DNA of 64,000 nt, taken from contig NC_042999.1 of NCBI RefSeq assembly GCF_006345805.1, positions 90,024,001 through 90,088,000 on the forward strand, read 5' to 3'. The DNA comes from Octopus sinensis (taxonomy: Eukaryota). A program made the translations under genes and the position numbers. Shown here in pieces: positions 42,500 through 54,480 of the stretch. Position 1 is the stretch's first letter. Every line of letters starts with the position of its first letter. The notes under the pieces were generated by a model. The model was not told the DNA's origin, searched no databases, and saw only the letters and a program-made list of their open reading frames with translations.

Positions 42500-44764
42500 T
42501 AAGTAGCTTTCCAATAACTTAACAGATAATGGAATTGCATGTGAATTATATCATGCTCAAACAACAATTATTTATTGCTGCACATAATTCAATAATCATA
42601 TAATTAATTGAATTATGAAAAATTGTAGTAGTAACAATATCAACAATAAGAAAAAAAAAAATGAAAGTTTAAAAAATAACTCCAGAAACAAATTAGCGAG
42701 TTAATAAATTTTATTTATCATTTATCATGGTGATGGTAGCAGCAGCAATATTAAAATATTTATTACGAAAAAGAAAGTTATTACTTACAACTGTAAAGGC
42801 AAGCATGGAATAAAATGGCAGATTAGAGTAAATAAATATAGTCAAAAAATACATCAATGAGGATAAAAGATAGAAATATGAAAAGTTCTAAACTAACATC
42901 AAAAATATCTAGATAATTTTCAAAAAACAACTTTTTACACAAAAGATGTATGATATAGTTATAAAATGGAGTAATATACCAACTATGGACAATAGAAAAA
43001 ATGGCCCAACTACAAAAATACTTTTATAATATCATAGAGATATGCATCATTTTGAATATACAACTAAAATATTGTTTTAAATGTTAAGTATGAAATATAT
43101 ACACATGTATATAATATTAATTACACACACGCACACACATACACACACAACATGCACAGACACACATATAATACTATTATTGTTTAATTGGAAGTAAATT
43201 TTGATATGAATTTTTATGTGCTATTGCAGCACAGAGTTTGCATGCTAGAGAAAAAGAATACAATAAACTCTTCGTGGACTACAAGTCTCCAAAGAGCCAC
43301 TGCTCAAATTAGGTTTCTGCAGTGTTATCCCTTTTTAGATGTTGTACTGTCATAGGGAAGTCTCCTTAAAAAGTGAGCACTGAAAAAAAAAAAAAAAAAA
43401 AAGAGCAAATCTGGAATTAAGTGTCTTAGCAAAAAAAAAAAAAAAAAGGGCCAGTGGGATATAAACACACAAATGGGTTGTTTGTTTCTTCCATTTTAAG
43501 TGTTCTTGAGATTCAAAGAAGACAGAGAGATGGTTGCCAAAACAACAAAAACAAGCTAAGTACATGAATAATCTGTTTTAAAGATGAAAAAGAAACGTAA
43601 GATTCTCATTTTGTAACAGGCTGATATTCTCTTCCAAATGAAGGGAAAAGTCCATGGCTATCACAGTAGACTAGAAGACTGTCAAAGAAAATTAAAATAT
43701 GATTGAATGGATGATAAATGGAAATAATTTCAAGATAAAAATAATTTATATATCACATAGCAGGTGACATGTTATATATTTATATCATGTAGTGTTATTA
43801 TCACACAGTGAGTTGGGTGTTGTGTGCTTTATATATCCCAAAGTGTGTTATATGGTACAACATGCTATACTTCATACAGTATATATCACACAGTTTAAAA
43901 AGTCAAATGTATTTATGTGTACACATCACACGAGTTCTTTCATCATATACTGCATATTTGAATGGTAGAGTTAATTCCTTGCCCAGTTTAACACTACTGC
44001 CTGGCCTTTGGATACCTTTAGCCAAATTTACTGTTTTAAACATTTAGGGTAGCTTTCCAATCAGAGGATAACTTCCTCTTACCAGTCCTAGAGGACCTCA
44101 AAAGGGTTATAGGTGCTTCCCTATTTCCTTTGGCAATACTAAAAAAAAAAAAAGATATATATATATATATATAGTAGTACAGTCTATACATCATTTAGTA
44201 TATTATTAATCACACACATTGTATCATGACATAGTAATACATATTTCATTATATATCATGACACGCATCACATATTTCATTATATATCACATAGTATATA
44301 TTAAAAGTCAGCATGTTACATATTCCTCTTTGTGTTATCTGTTTTAAGTTTCATTTGTAACAGAGAGAGAAATTACTTATAAACAAAATTTTACTTGTAT
44401 ATTCGACATTGACAGAGATAGTAGAATGGTTAACATACCACTACAGATGTCAGCATAAAAAAGTGAGATTTAAAACTATTATCACAAAACATTCCAAGAC
44501 ACTTTAAGTAAAAACTACTAAAATTGTTTAGTGCAAGTCTAAAGACGAAAAATAATTGAAAGTGTACAGGTAGGTCAATTCAAATTTTCAATATCAATTT
44601 GGTGTGTGAGATTATAAGTTGAAGTTAGATATAAACTGAAGATTCAGTGTGTTTCATGTCAATATGATTCTTTTGGTAACACTATCTTAACACAACCATG
44701 CCATTATGGTGTTGAGGATAACAACAATGAAATAATAACAACTGTTAGAATGATAATAATGATT

Positions 44765-45620
44765 TCTCATTTAAGTACAAGCCCAGTCATTTTGAAGGGG
44801 AATTGGTTTGTCAAGACCACTGAACCCCAGTGTTTGACTAATACTTTATTTTATTGATCCCGGAAGAATGAAAGGCAAAATAAACCTCAGTGGTATTTTA
44901 ACTCAGAATGTTAAGAGCCCAAAGAAATGTCACAGAGCATTTTGTCCATTCCAATAATTTTAACCATAATAATTTCTTTTTATCAAGAAAGACCAGAAAC
45001 TTGAGGGAGGGAGCAGTTGATTATATCAATGAGTACTCAGCTGCTAGTTTATTTTATCAACCTCAAAAAGATGAAAGGCAAAGTTGACTTTGGTGGGATT
45101 TGAACTTAGAACATAAAAAGCCATAACTAAATATCACACGGCAGTTTGTCAAACACTGAAACAGATTTACCAATCTACTACTCCAGAATGATAATAATAA
45201 TTCTTTCTATTGAAGGCACAAGGCCTGAAATTTTATGGGAAAGGACTAGTCAATCACATCAACTCCAGTGTTTCACTGGTACTTAATTTATCGACCCCAA
45301 AAGGATGAAAGGCAAAGTCGACCTGGATGGCCTAATAATAATAATCAGGTAAATGGATATAGCTGATAAAGTTAAATCAGTACTTAACTCAAACTTTATT
45401 TTCTCAACTCACATAGAATGAAAGTCAAATTTGAACTTGGCAGGATTCGAACATAGAATATAAAGGAAAACAACTACTAACTGCAATTTTGTCTAGCACT
45501 CAGTGATTTCATTGCCCTTAACCTAAAAATAATTATTTCAAATTCAGGCACAAAGCCAACTGTTTTGAGAGGAGGAGGATGCTAGTTAATTCATTAATCC
45601 CAGTATTAAACTGGTACTTT
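44765..45620 (-). mobile_element. Cluster of Nin-like SINE fragments
   Basis: Repeated gatgaaaggcaaagtcgac and tactt(t)attt(t)atcgacc separated by (TAA)n. Confidence 0.65.
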
Positions 45621-48600
45621 ATTTTTATCAATGCACCCAAAAGGCTTAGTTGCAAAAGTGCTTGTGTGGGAATGAGTAAGAAAGGACCCATGCACTCTGG
45701 ATAGTTAAGATACAACAGTTCATTAATTTAATTCAGTTTTTATTAGCAGTTTATTGTTTTTATGCTTTACATAATCAGAGTCCATCTCCTTGCAAATCTG
45801 CATTTGATCTTTTCCAAGATCATGTTGCAAAGCATCTAATAAAAAATCTATCAGTTGATCATTCACTATATATGTAAAAAATTACAAGTTTCCAGAGGGA
45901 GATGGCGTCCTTCACACATTCCACTCACCTTCCTTAAGGAGGTAAACTTCGCTTTTTAAGGGTCTTTTTCTTTTTTGATTTTACTCTTTCCACTGACTTT
46001 GATAGTCTTTCACCTCATTCCATTGTTTATCTGCTCTACATCACAAAACAATGGGATTGTGTTGTTAATCAAGGCAGGAGGAGAGGAGTCCTTGATTGCT
46101 AGCTTTTAAGAGGTGGTCTATTCTGTTATTTTGGTAACCTTGACAAGTGGTGCTTTGGAAAAAGGAATTTCAGTGGCCTGCTATTGTTGACACTGTCTCT
46201 GCTGTTCCTGATTCTTGAATTCTTCCAGAAAGAGCTGCTGAAAAGGACCTTATTGTCACACAAGCAGCTTGGCTTCTACCTTGCATTGCCAGTCTCACTG
46301 ATGTTATTTCTGCACCCCCAGTTTGGTACAGCTCTGAATTGGCCCTGCAGGCTTTGGGGATCATTAAGACTTGGATATCTACATAAACCTCTCCTGCCCA
46401 TACCATTTCTAGTCACTTCTGCACTCACACATATCCATACTGTTTTGCAAAAGGTAGTCATCAATTTAGCTTGCTTTCTTGCTCTGTCCTCAGTTTAAAC
46501 AAACTAGGCCTTAAGCCTTATTTCAACCATGAGAAGAGACATCACTTCAGACACTGGTTATGGCAAACCTCCAGATGTTGCTTTAAGGGCATAAAAAAAA
46601 GCCTTTTTTTTTCAGGTGGTAGTGGTGGTGGAAAGTTGTGATGCAAAGATATGTGACTTCCTTCTTGTTTGCTCTTGAGTAAAGTCATCAGGTAGGGAGG
46701 TATATAATATTTTTGTTACATATTTCTGCTATGTAGATTTTTCTCTGCTTGGTCACATATATTTAGCTCCTCTTAAAAGTGCTAGTGAAAAAATTGCTTT
46801 TCCTGTCAGTGTTGCTCAAAACAACACTTTCACCAATTAAATTTGACTTGTTTTTTCAACAAAAAAAGTGTGTTGTTGTTGTAACAGTAACATTTAAATT
46901 AGCATTTTAAAATGTTAAAATATTCTTTTGTGTGTATATGAGTTTTACTAAAAGTTTTGTTGTTTAGCAGTCTCATTTTCACTCTATGCTTCTCTGTTGG
47001 AAAGTCATTTCAAGTTAAATAAAAATTATAGCCCTTTTGTCTCTCCCTGGTATGGAAGTAAATGTCTAATGTATACCATGTATCTCAATTGAAAATTATT
47101 TTTAAAAACAAATATTTTCTTTTCATTTACATTAATTGAAGAGTTTTGCAACACATGTATACATAGCAAACATGATGATAATCATACCTCCATAAATTAA
47201 AGAAGTTCATAAAATTGGAACTAATCAATGAATTGAGAAGTTTAAATGAATAGAAGATAACTTTCTGCTGGAAAAAATAGTTATCTAAAAAATAGACAGA
47301 AAATCTGGTATAAAATTATATACTCCTGTACGTATGTATATGAGTGTGTGTGTGTGTGTGTGTATAAACCCCCAAATTCCTATATTGGATATGAACTCCT
47401 GAGTTGTTAGTCTAGTTTTTTATTCACATCACACTTTTCTATCATCATCATCATGACGATTTCCACCATGGAATAGTTATGTTCTACAATGATTAGAGTT
47501 TATGAATGCAAATTTTGAAAAAGTAAGCAATAAAAGCTAAAAAAAAAAAAAAGATTTTGTTTTTTTCTATTTACTAAGTTTAGGTTTACAATCAATAATC
47601 AACAAACTATTGTTGAGGTTGTATTGTTTTGTGTTGAAATAATTCAGTGAAAAGACATCAGAGCAAAACATGGATAATTACTTTTGTTCAAAAATACTAG
47701 CTTTATGCAAGAAAAGATTTGGTTTAATAATAGCAACAGAGCAAAGCTGGATAAGAATGACGGGAAACATTGAGCACAGAGAAAGCAAAAATAAATTAAT
47801 ATCATTAGAAGAAGTTCTCTTACAGAAGACAATGATATGGAAGAAATGAGAACATTTCAGTGCTAGGCACAGAAACAAAAATGATTTCTAACAGCAATGA
47901 TTCAGAAAAAAATAGACTTTATTTAATAACTTCCATCTGGACATGAGTGAGAGAAAACTGTGATATCTAATTTTAAATTTCATGAAGATTAAGATAAAAA
48001 TAACAGAATAGAAACTTTGGCATCATTTTTTTCTCCTGGTTTTTACTTTTATGCCATACAAAACCTGAGACTAATAGCCTTTGTTTATAGACACACATGA
48101 TATAAGCAAAAGGAAAACAGAGCAATAGTTTTATGAAAGACAAGATTCTCAAATCACAAAGGTAAAGGTGCATTGGGTAAATCTCAAAAATTGGAAATTT
48201 TACATTTTTTAAAAAGCAGAATAAATATTATACATTTTAAAATTTATTTTGTTGCACTATGAATGAATGGAAAAGCCCAGAGTTTATTATGGTTGTTAAT
48301 CTGTTATTGTATGCATATTTTAAACAGATGAGATATATTTTAATCAAACTGATAAATATTCACCACTGAACAAGTATAAACCAACAAAAGAACAATAAAA
48401 TTTCTACATGCATTAAGCTCTATTTTTTCTATTCAGTCATGGATTATTAGTTAGGTTTACCCAGAGCTATATTTAGCTCCATAACAATTATGTACAATCC
48501 TGACAAACCTGAAATAGGACAACTATGTTTATTGGTCCATTCATTTTCAGAACAGGAAGGGGTACAATGAGAGGGTTGGGGGGAACAGCAGATAAATATA

Positions 48601-49275
48601 AATCAGACTGGTTAAGAGTGTGTTCTATATTTTGAGTCACCATTATCATACTTGAATGGGAATATTAACAATATGAAATAAAATCAGAAGCTATTGAACA
48701 GAATATATGTTTAAATAGGAACAGGGTTCCAGGACAATTAATAGAAATGAAATAAAGATGGTTCTTTGAAAAATTCATATTACAATTTCCTACAGATTTT
48801 ATTTTACATAGATTTCTCATTACCAGTATACATACTGACCAAAACACAAAACATATTTACAAAATTAGCTGGAAATATTTACACAAACAGAATGCATGTG
48901 TATATTGTGAATATTTTCAACAATGTTCACAATATTAGAAATGAACAGCAGTAGAAATTACATTTGGGAAAAAAAAATTCCCATTTATTTGAAAAAAAGA
49001 TAATTTCATTTTAATGGTTTTAAAATGTATTATGTCAAGTAAAATAGACAAGACAGAATACCTTTAACACATACAGGACAGAAGTTTGCATGACTGATAT
49101 AGACAATCTGTGATATATAAAATAATCATCTTAGTATGCCTGATAAACTCCAAGACACACATAATAGTAAAAATAAATACTACATGTGCCATGTAGAAGA
49201 GACATGTTTCTATGACAGGCAGAGTCAGTTATTTGAAACTCAAAATAGGAAAATAAGAATCTGTGTGTGTGTGTG

Positions 49276-49319
<44 letters not shown>

Positions 49320-50375
49320 CATATATTGTATAATAATAGCAGCATACAAACAGAAAATGTATATACAATAAAACAAACACATCAATTTCAGCTCTAGGTC
49401 CCTCTTTATGATCAGTACTTGACTCAGCTCTGCTCCAAACACAAAAACTAGATGGATGATATCACACCGGACGCAACTAACAATGGAAATTAAACTAAAC
49501 TATATAAAATACAATAAAAATTATACAGTGGATAGATTTAAGTGCTAGATATATGGACCAGCAATAAGTATGTCATGTCAGGAGACAAGGCCGAAGATTC
49601 TATGTGGTTGCCCAATCAGTTAAATCTCTTTCAAATTAATAAAATGGCATCAGATATGTAGACTTGCTTAATTAACATATGTGCATGCATGCATGTAGTG
49701 TGTGAGAGAGAGAGAGAGAGAGAGAGAAAGATGATTTCTGCTGGAATCTTAGGTCTGTTCAATCAGGTCTGCTGAAGAGTTAAACCACAATATTTATCAA
49801 TGCTACACAAAACAACAAGAATAAACCCTTAAGCAAATATTTACTACAAATCACAATATTTGCATGATGTGAAGTTTCAGATGTATATAAGGATGAAATT
49901 GTTTTTCACAACTGTTTTACTGTTGTCTTTGGCCGAACAAAATTTAGCTGAATGTGGAATTAATAAAACTGATACTATTTATTAAAAGCACTCAGTGATA
50001 CTTGGACTTCTTTTAAAATATATGCCCAGCATGAGTTATCAATAGATATGTAAAGCATTTAAAATTATTTTGATATATATATATATATATACATACGCAT
50101 AGGAGTGGCTGTGTGGATAGGCATAGGAGTGGTTGTGTGGTAAGTAGCTTGCTTTGAACCACATAGTATGTATACATATATATATGTATGTATATATGCA
50201 CATATATATATATGTATTTGTATATATACATATAGATATATATGTATATGCGTGTGAGTATATATATATATACATATGTGATATATATGTATATATATAT
50301 ATACATGTGATATATATGTATATATATATATATACATATGTATTTGTATATAAACATAAACATATATATGTATAC

Positions 50376-50416
<41 letters not shown>

Positions 50417-50746
50417 TATATGTTATATATATATGTACATATACATACATATATATTATATATATTTATACATATATATCAATGTATGATGATGATATTA
50501 TATAAACATATATATATATTTATATATACATATATTACATTTGCATATTATATATATATATATATACATATTATATACACAAACATATGTGTGTGTGTAT
50601 ATATACATATATATATATAGATAGATATATGTTATATATATATATATATGTATATATACATACATATATATTATATAAACATGTATATATTTATATATAC
50701 ATATATATTACATTTGCACATATTATATATATATACATATTATATA

Positions 50747-50798
<52 letters not shown>

Positions 50799-50929
50799 GA
50801 GGGCATTATACATACATGCCAAAGAGCATTATACATACATGTCACACGCTAAGAGGGACAATTAGTCATTTCTACCAAAAATATTACTAATCCCACCGAA
50901 TGCAATTTTTCAAAATAAGACATTTAAAA

Positions 50930-50991
50930 AATACAGACCTGTATCACAGTGATTTCATACTTACGTATTCATCAGCAGGCCTGAATGTATC
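50930..50991 (-). ncRNA. Type I hammerhead ribozyme
   Basis: Minus-strand RNA GAUAC-AUUC-AGGCCUG-CUGAUGA-AUAC-GUAA-GUAU-GAAA-UCA-CUG-UGA-UA^CAGGUCU-GUAUU: full core, three stems, AUA cleavage triplet. Confidence 0.88.
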
Positions 50992-51141
50992 ATAAATAAA
51001 CGACCCTGCCCCGCTTAAGCCGATCAGCTAACTGATCAACATCAACAAAGCACATGGGTGAGTTTACATATATTACATCCTGTAAATGGCATACTTTTAC
51101 GAATTGCATTTCGGGAGAGGAAAAGTTTTTTCGGAATAAAA

Positions 51142-51217
51142 ATTTAGCAATTAAGGACAACTACTTAATAAGGAAAACTTAAGTTTTCCTTATTAAGTAG
51201 TTGTCCTTAATTGCTAA

Positions 51218-51219
<2 letters not shown>
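51142..51219. repeat. 78-bp perfect palindrome
   Basis: atttagcaattaaggacaactacttaataaggaaaactt|aagttttccttattaagtagttgtccttaattgctaaat. Confidence 0.95.
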
Positions 51220-51274
<55 letters not shown>

Positions 51275-51956
51275 GTAAAATAATGTCACAATTATTCAGT
51301 AGCCAAGATAAAACTCTGAGTTTCGGATGCCGTTTTTACCAATATATATATATAATATATATATATATATACACACACACAGATACATATATAAAGGGAA
51401 CATACACACAATACAAGGCATTAAAACTTTTGGACAGATAGACAATACATAGGTGGACAAGTGAAACAACAATTAGGACAGGCAAAAAAAAAATGGTCAT
51501 TCTTGGCTTTCTTTCATGAGTCAAATCCTAGAAGTCACGACCATCTCGGGCAGTTATACTTCAGATGGTTCAATCTGGTTGCGCCCATAAAAGTGTAAGC
51601 TAAGAAAGCTAGCGAATGTGTACGGCAACAAAAACAAAAAGCAAATAAACAAAAAATGGAGAACATGGTACACAATTACGAATACAAACAATATATATAC
51701 ATATATTCATATCTCTCTCTCTCTCTTTTACTTGTTTCAGTCATTTGACTGCAGTCATGCTGGAGCACCGCCTTTAGTCGAGCAAATCTACCCCAGGACT
51801 TATTCTTTTGTAAGCCCAGTACTTATTCTATCGGTCTCTTTTGCCGAACTGCTAAGTGACGGGGACGTAAACACACCAGCATTGGTTGCCAAGCAATGCT
51901 AGGGTGACAAACACAGACACACACACATACATATGTATATACAAATATATGCATAT

Positions 51957-51990
<34 letters not shown>

Positions 51991-52230
51991 TACATACATA
52001 TGCATATATACACATATATACATACATATGCATACATATATATACATACATATGCATATCTATAATCACATCATCATCATCATTGTTTAACGTCCACTTT
52101 CCATGCTAGCATGTGTTGGACGATTTGACTGAGGTCTGGCGAACCAGATGGCTGCACCAAGCTCCAATCTGATCTGGCAGAGTTTCTACAGCGGGATGCC
52201 TTTCCTAATGCCAACCACGCTCCGAGTGTG

Positions 52231-52267
<37 letters not shown>

Positions 52268-52291
52268 TTACATATGCATATATATACATAC

Positions 52292-52332
<41 letters not shown>

Positions 52333-52386
52333 TATATACATATATACATAAACACATATATCTATACATATACATACATATCTCTT

Positions 52387-52421
<35 letters not shown>

Positions 52422-53411
52422 TTATTTATTTAATACAAAATTTATAAAGAAGATCAAAAGTAATATTTAATTAATTGAACATTTGTTCTGTCCAATAGGA
52501 AAAATTTTCAGAGGAAGTTGGAACTAAAAATATCAATGTGTCAGCTTTTAATGTATGGGAGTTGCAATAAAGCTCTTTTAGGAATATGAGTATAGGTAGA
52601 AAGTACACATAAGTAAAGACTGATAGGGTGGTTTACAAAGCAAACTTATAAACCCAGGTATGTAAACCCTGTTTTAAGAGAGGTAGAGATAGAAACCCAT
52701 TCAACATAGTAAAACAGGTATAATAAGCATTCTTGTCTCAGTGTACATGGTTGTTTGTAGGGAAAAGTTAATGGGGCAGAAAAATGCAGTGGTTTATAGA
52801 CTCATAAATCATTAGGTTCAAATCTTCTTACAGGTGATGTCTGAGTATTACCTAATTTCACTTAAAATAGAGTCACATCTAACTAAAGTAGGTGATATTC
52901 TGAACATCAAAAATATGAATGCTCATATCCAATCACAATATTGTACTGTGTCTTTGACAAAGTTACTTAACTCTCAACAGCCGTGAAGAGGTATCAAAAA
53001 ACGGTTTTTCATTGGTTTGCAGAGCTGGGCACAAATCTTACCATAGGCCAAGCAAAGAACAAGGTAACATATTCCCTCATGAAACAAAACAAGACTAAAT
53101 GTTCAACAAACAACTCAAATAACATGAGATTATATTTACTTTTCTGCAAATGTCTTCATTTTTAAAACTATTTGATACATATTATAAAATAGATATAAAT
53201 TGACTATACAAATGTATGCACATCTGTTTGTCTAAGTATATTCGAGATATTGTATATATATTTCAAAGAAATATTGAAGGGAGGTAGGAAGAATGAGACT
53301 AATTATATGATGACATCTCTTCAATCAGTCACAATATGTGACTGTGACTAATTTTAAAAAGTTTAATAAAGTCAAACTAATGGAGGATGAGGTCAGAATA
53401 TAAAGACAAAA

Positions 53412-53625
53412 TATTGGAAATGTTTCGTTTTGGGATTTGGTTTGCAAGATTCTTTATATGAGTTCGTGTGTTGAAGCATATTCTGTTGTGTCTGGGGAAA
53501 GTCATTTTCTTTTTGTGCCTTATAATGTAACACACTCACCGGTAAAATTTCCACTTATTTCTTATTTTTATTTTCCTAAAATTTTCGTTGTCTTGCAACC
53601 TTTTCAAGTCTTGACTCTATTGGAA
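53412..53625 (-). mobile_element. Probable Penelope-like terminal fragment carrying a U3:A8 hammerhead-like motif
   Basis: Minus strand UUGAAAA-G-GUUG-CAAGA-CAAC-GAAA-AUUUUAGG (53607-53575), then a donor-like ccg|gtgagt and a short ATG ORF; remnant inverted junction ttttcaa.gtcttgac.tctattggaaa. Confidence 0.45.
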
Positions 53626-54289
53626 ATAACTTAGTCAGAAACTTTTACAACATTGCTGTCAACACCACTATTCAAGTCAACAAAGAAATATCTATGTAGT
53701 TACTCAATACACTTTAAATATATAATTCTAATTGCATAATGACTAAAACAAAAGACTGGCCACTACTAGAATGCTTCTGATCATAGATTTGCTCAGAGAT
53801 AAATTTACCCCCATTCTAAGTGATAATTAAGAATATTTGGTCTTGAAAGGGCTTCAGAGGTTATTCTTTCAGACAAATAAAGAAAAATAATAAGCAAAAA
53901 ATCTTATTTTTAGTTAGCTGAAAAGTACTTTAAAAAAAAATTCTTTCTCAGTATGCAAGTCTGTTTAAATGCTAATATATTCATACCTCCACATACATTG
54001 AAAATTGTGGTGGTTTTCTTTGTAAATAATAAAACTTAAAATTTTTCCTTTCATTTATTATTTGTAATTCTGATCTAATTTCATCAAAGACACTATACTT
54101 ATACAAATTTTATATTCATTTTTTTCTAGTTAGCACGAATGGGATAATTGTAAAAATCATTAGAATAGTGTTTAAAACTGTGTCCTTCCTACAGTTAAAA
54201 ACTCAGTATATGAGAATGAAGTAAGCACAAGTAGCTGTAGGAAGGATACTGTTGTAAACACCACCCTCATAATTTTCACAATTACCCCA

Positions 54290-54480
54290 AATTGTGCAGT
54301 CACTTGACTTGCTGAAAATAGCAACCAAATCTCCTTCATCAAACCCTAAATAAAGTGGGGAAAAACTGCCTGGAAAACAAACACACACGCACTTTCTCAT
54401 ACACATAGTGTGGCTATGGTGAGATGCCTTTGCTCGTAAGTCTTCTCTGTCAGGATTGACCTGGGCTAAGCAAAAACAAC
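54290..54480 (+). repeat. Dispersed repeat family (SINE-like tail)
   Basis: gaaaatagcaaccaaatctcc..tgacctgggctaa..caac recurs at ~14400, 17310, 37670, 39225 and 55870. Confidence 0.55.

Larger units (their letters stand above)
50073..52420. repeat. Compound (TA)n/(CA)n microsatellite region with embedded mobile-element fragments
   Basis: Long (TA)n-derived tracts enclosing a SINE head (~50095-50165), unique cassettes (50800-51219, 51272-51342, ~51390-51690), a SINE tail (~51725-51920) and an RTE tail (~52066-52230). Confidence 0.95.

Noticed and set aside
46100-46500. ORFs 46184-46498 and 46170-46406
   Set aside because: Only faint LINE-RT-like words (KQLGF, LDI); too weak to call a gene or a defined element.
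51530-51585. Minus-strand accau-CUGAAGU..GAGA-uggu in a (TA)n-flanked fragment
   Set aside because: Core deviates at several positions and the topology does not fit a hammerhead.
50013-52470. Many YI/IY-rich ORFs
   Set aside because: Translations of (TA)n/(CA)n microsatellites.
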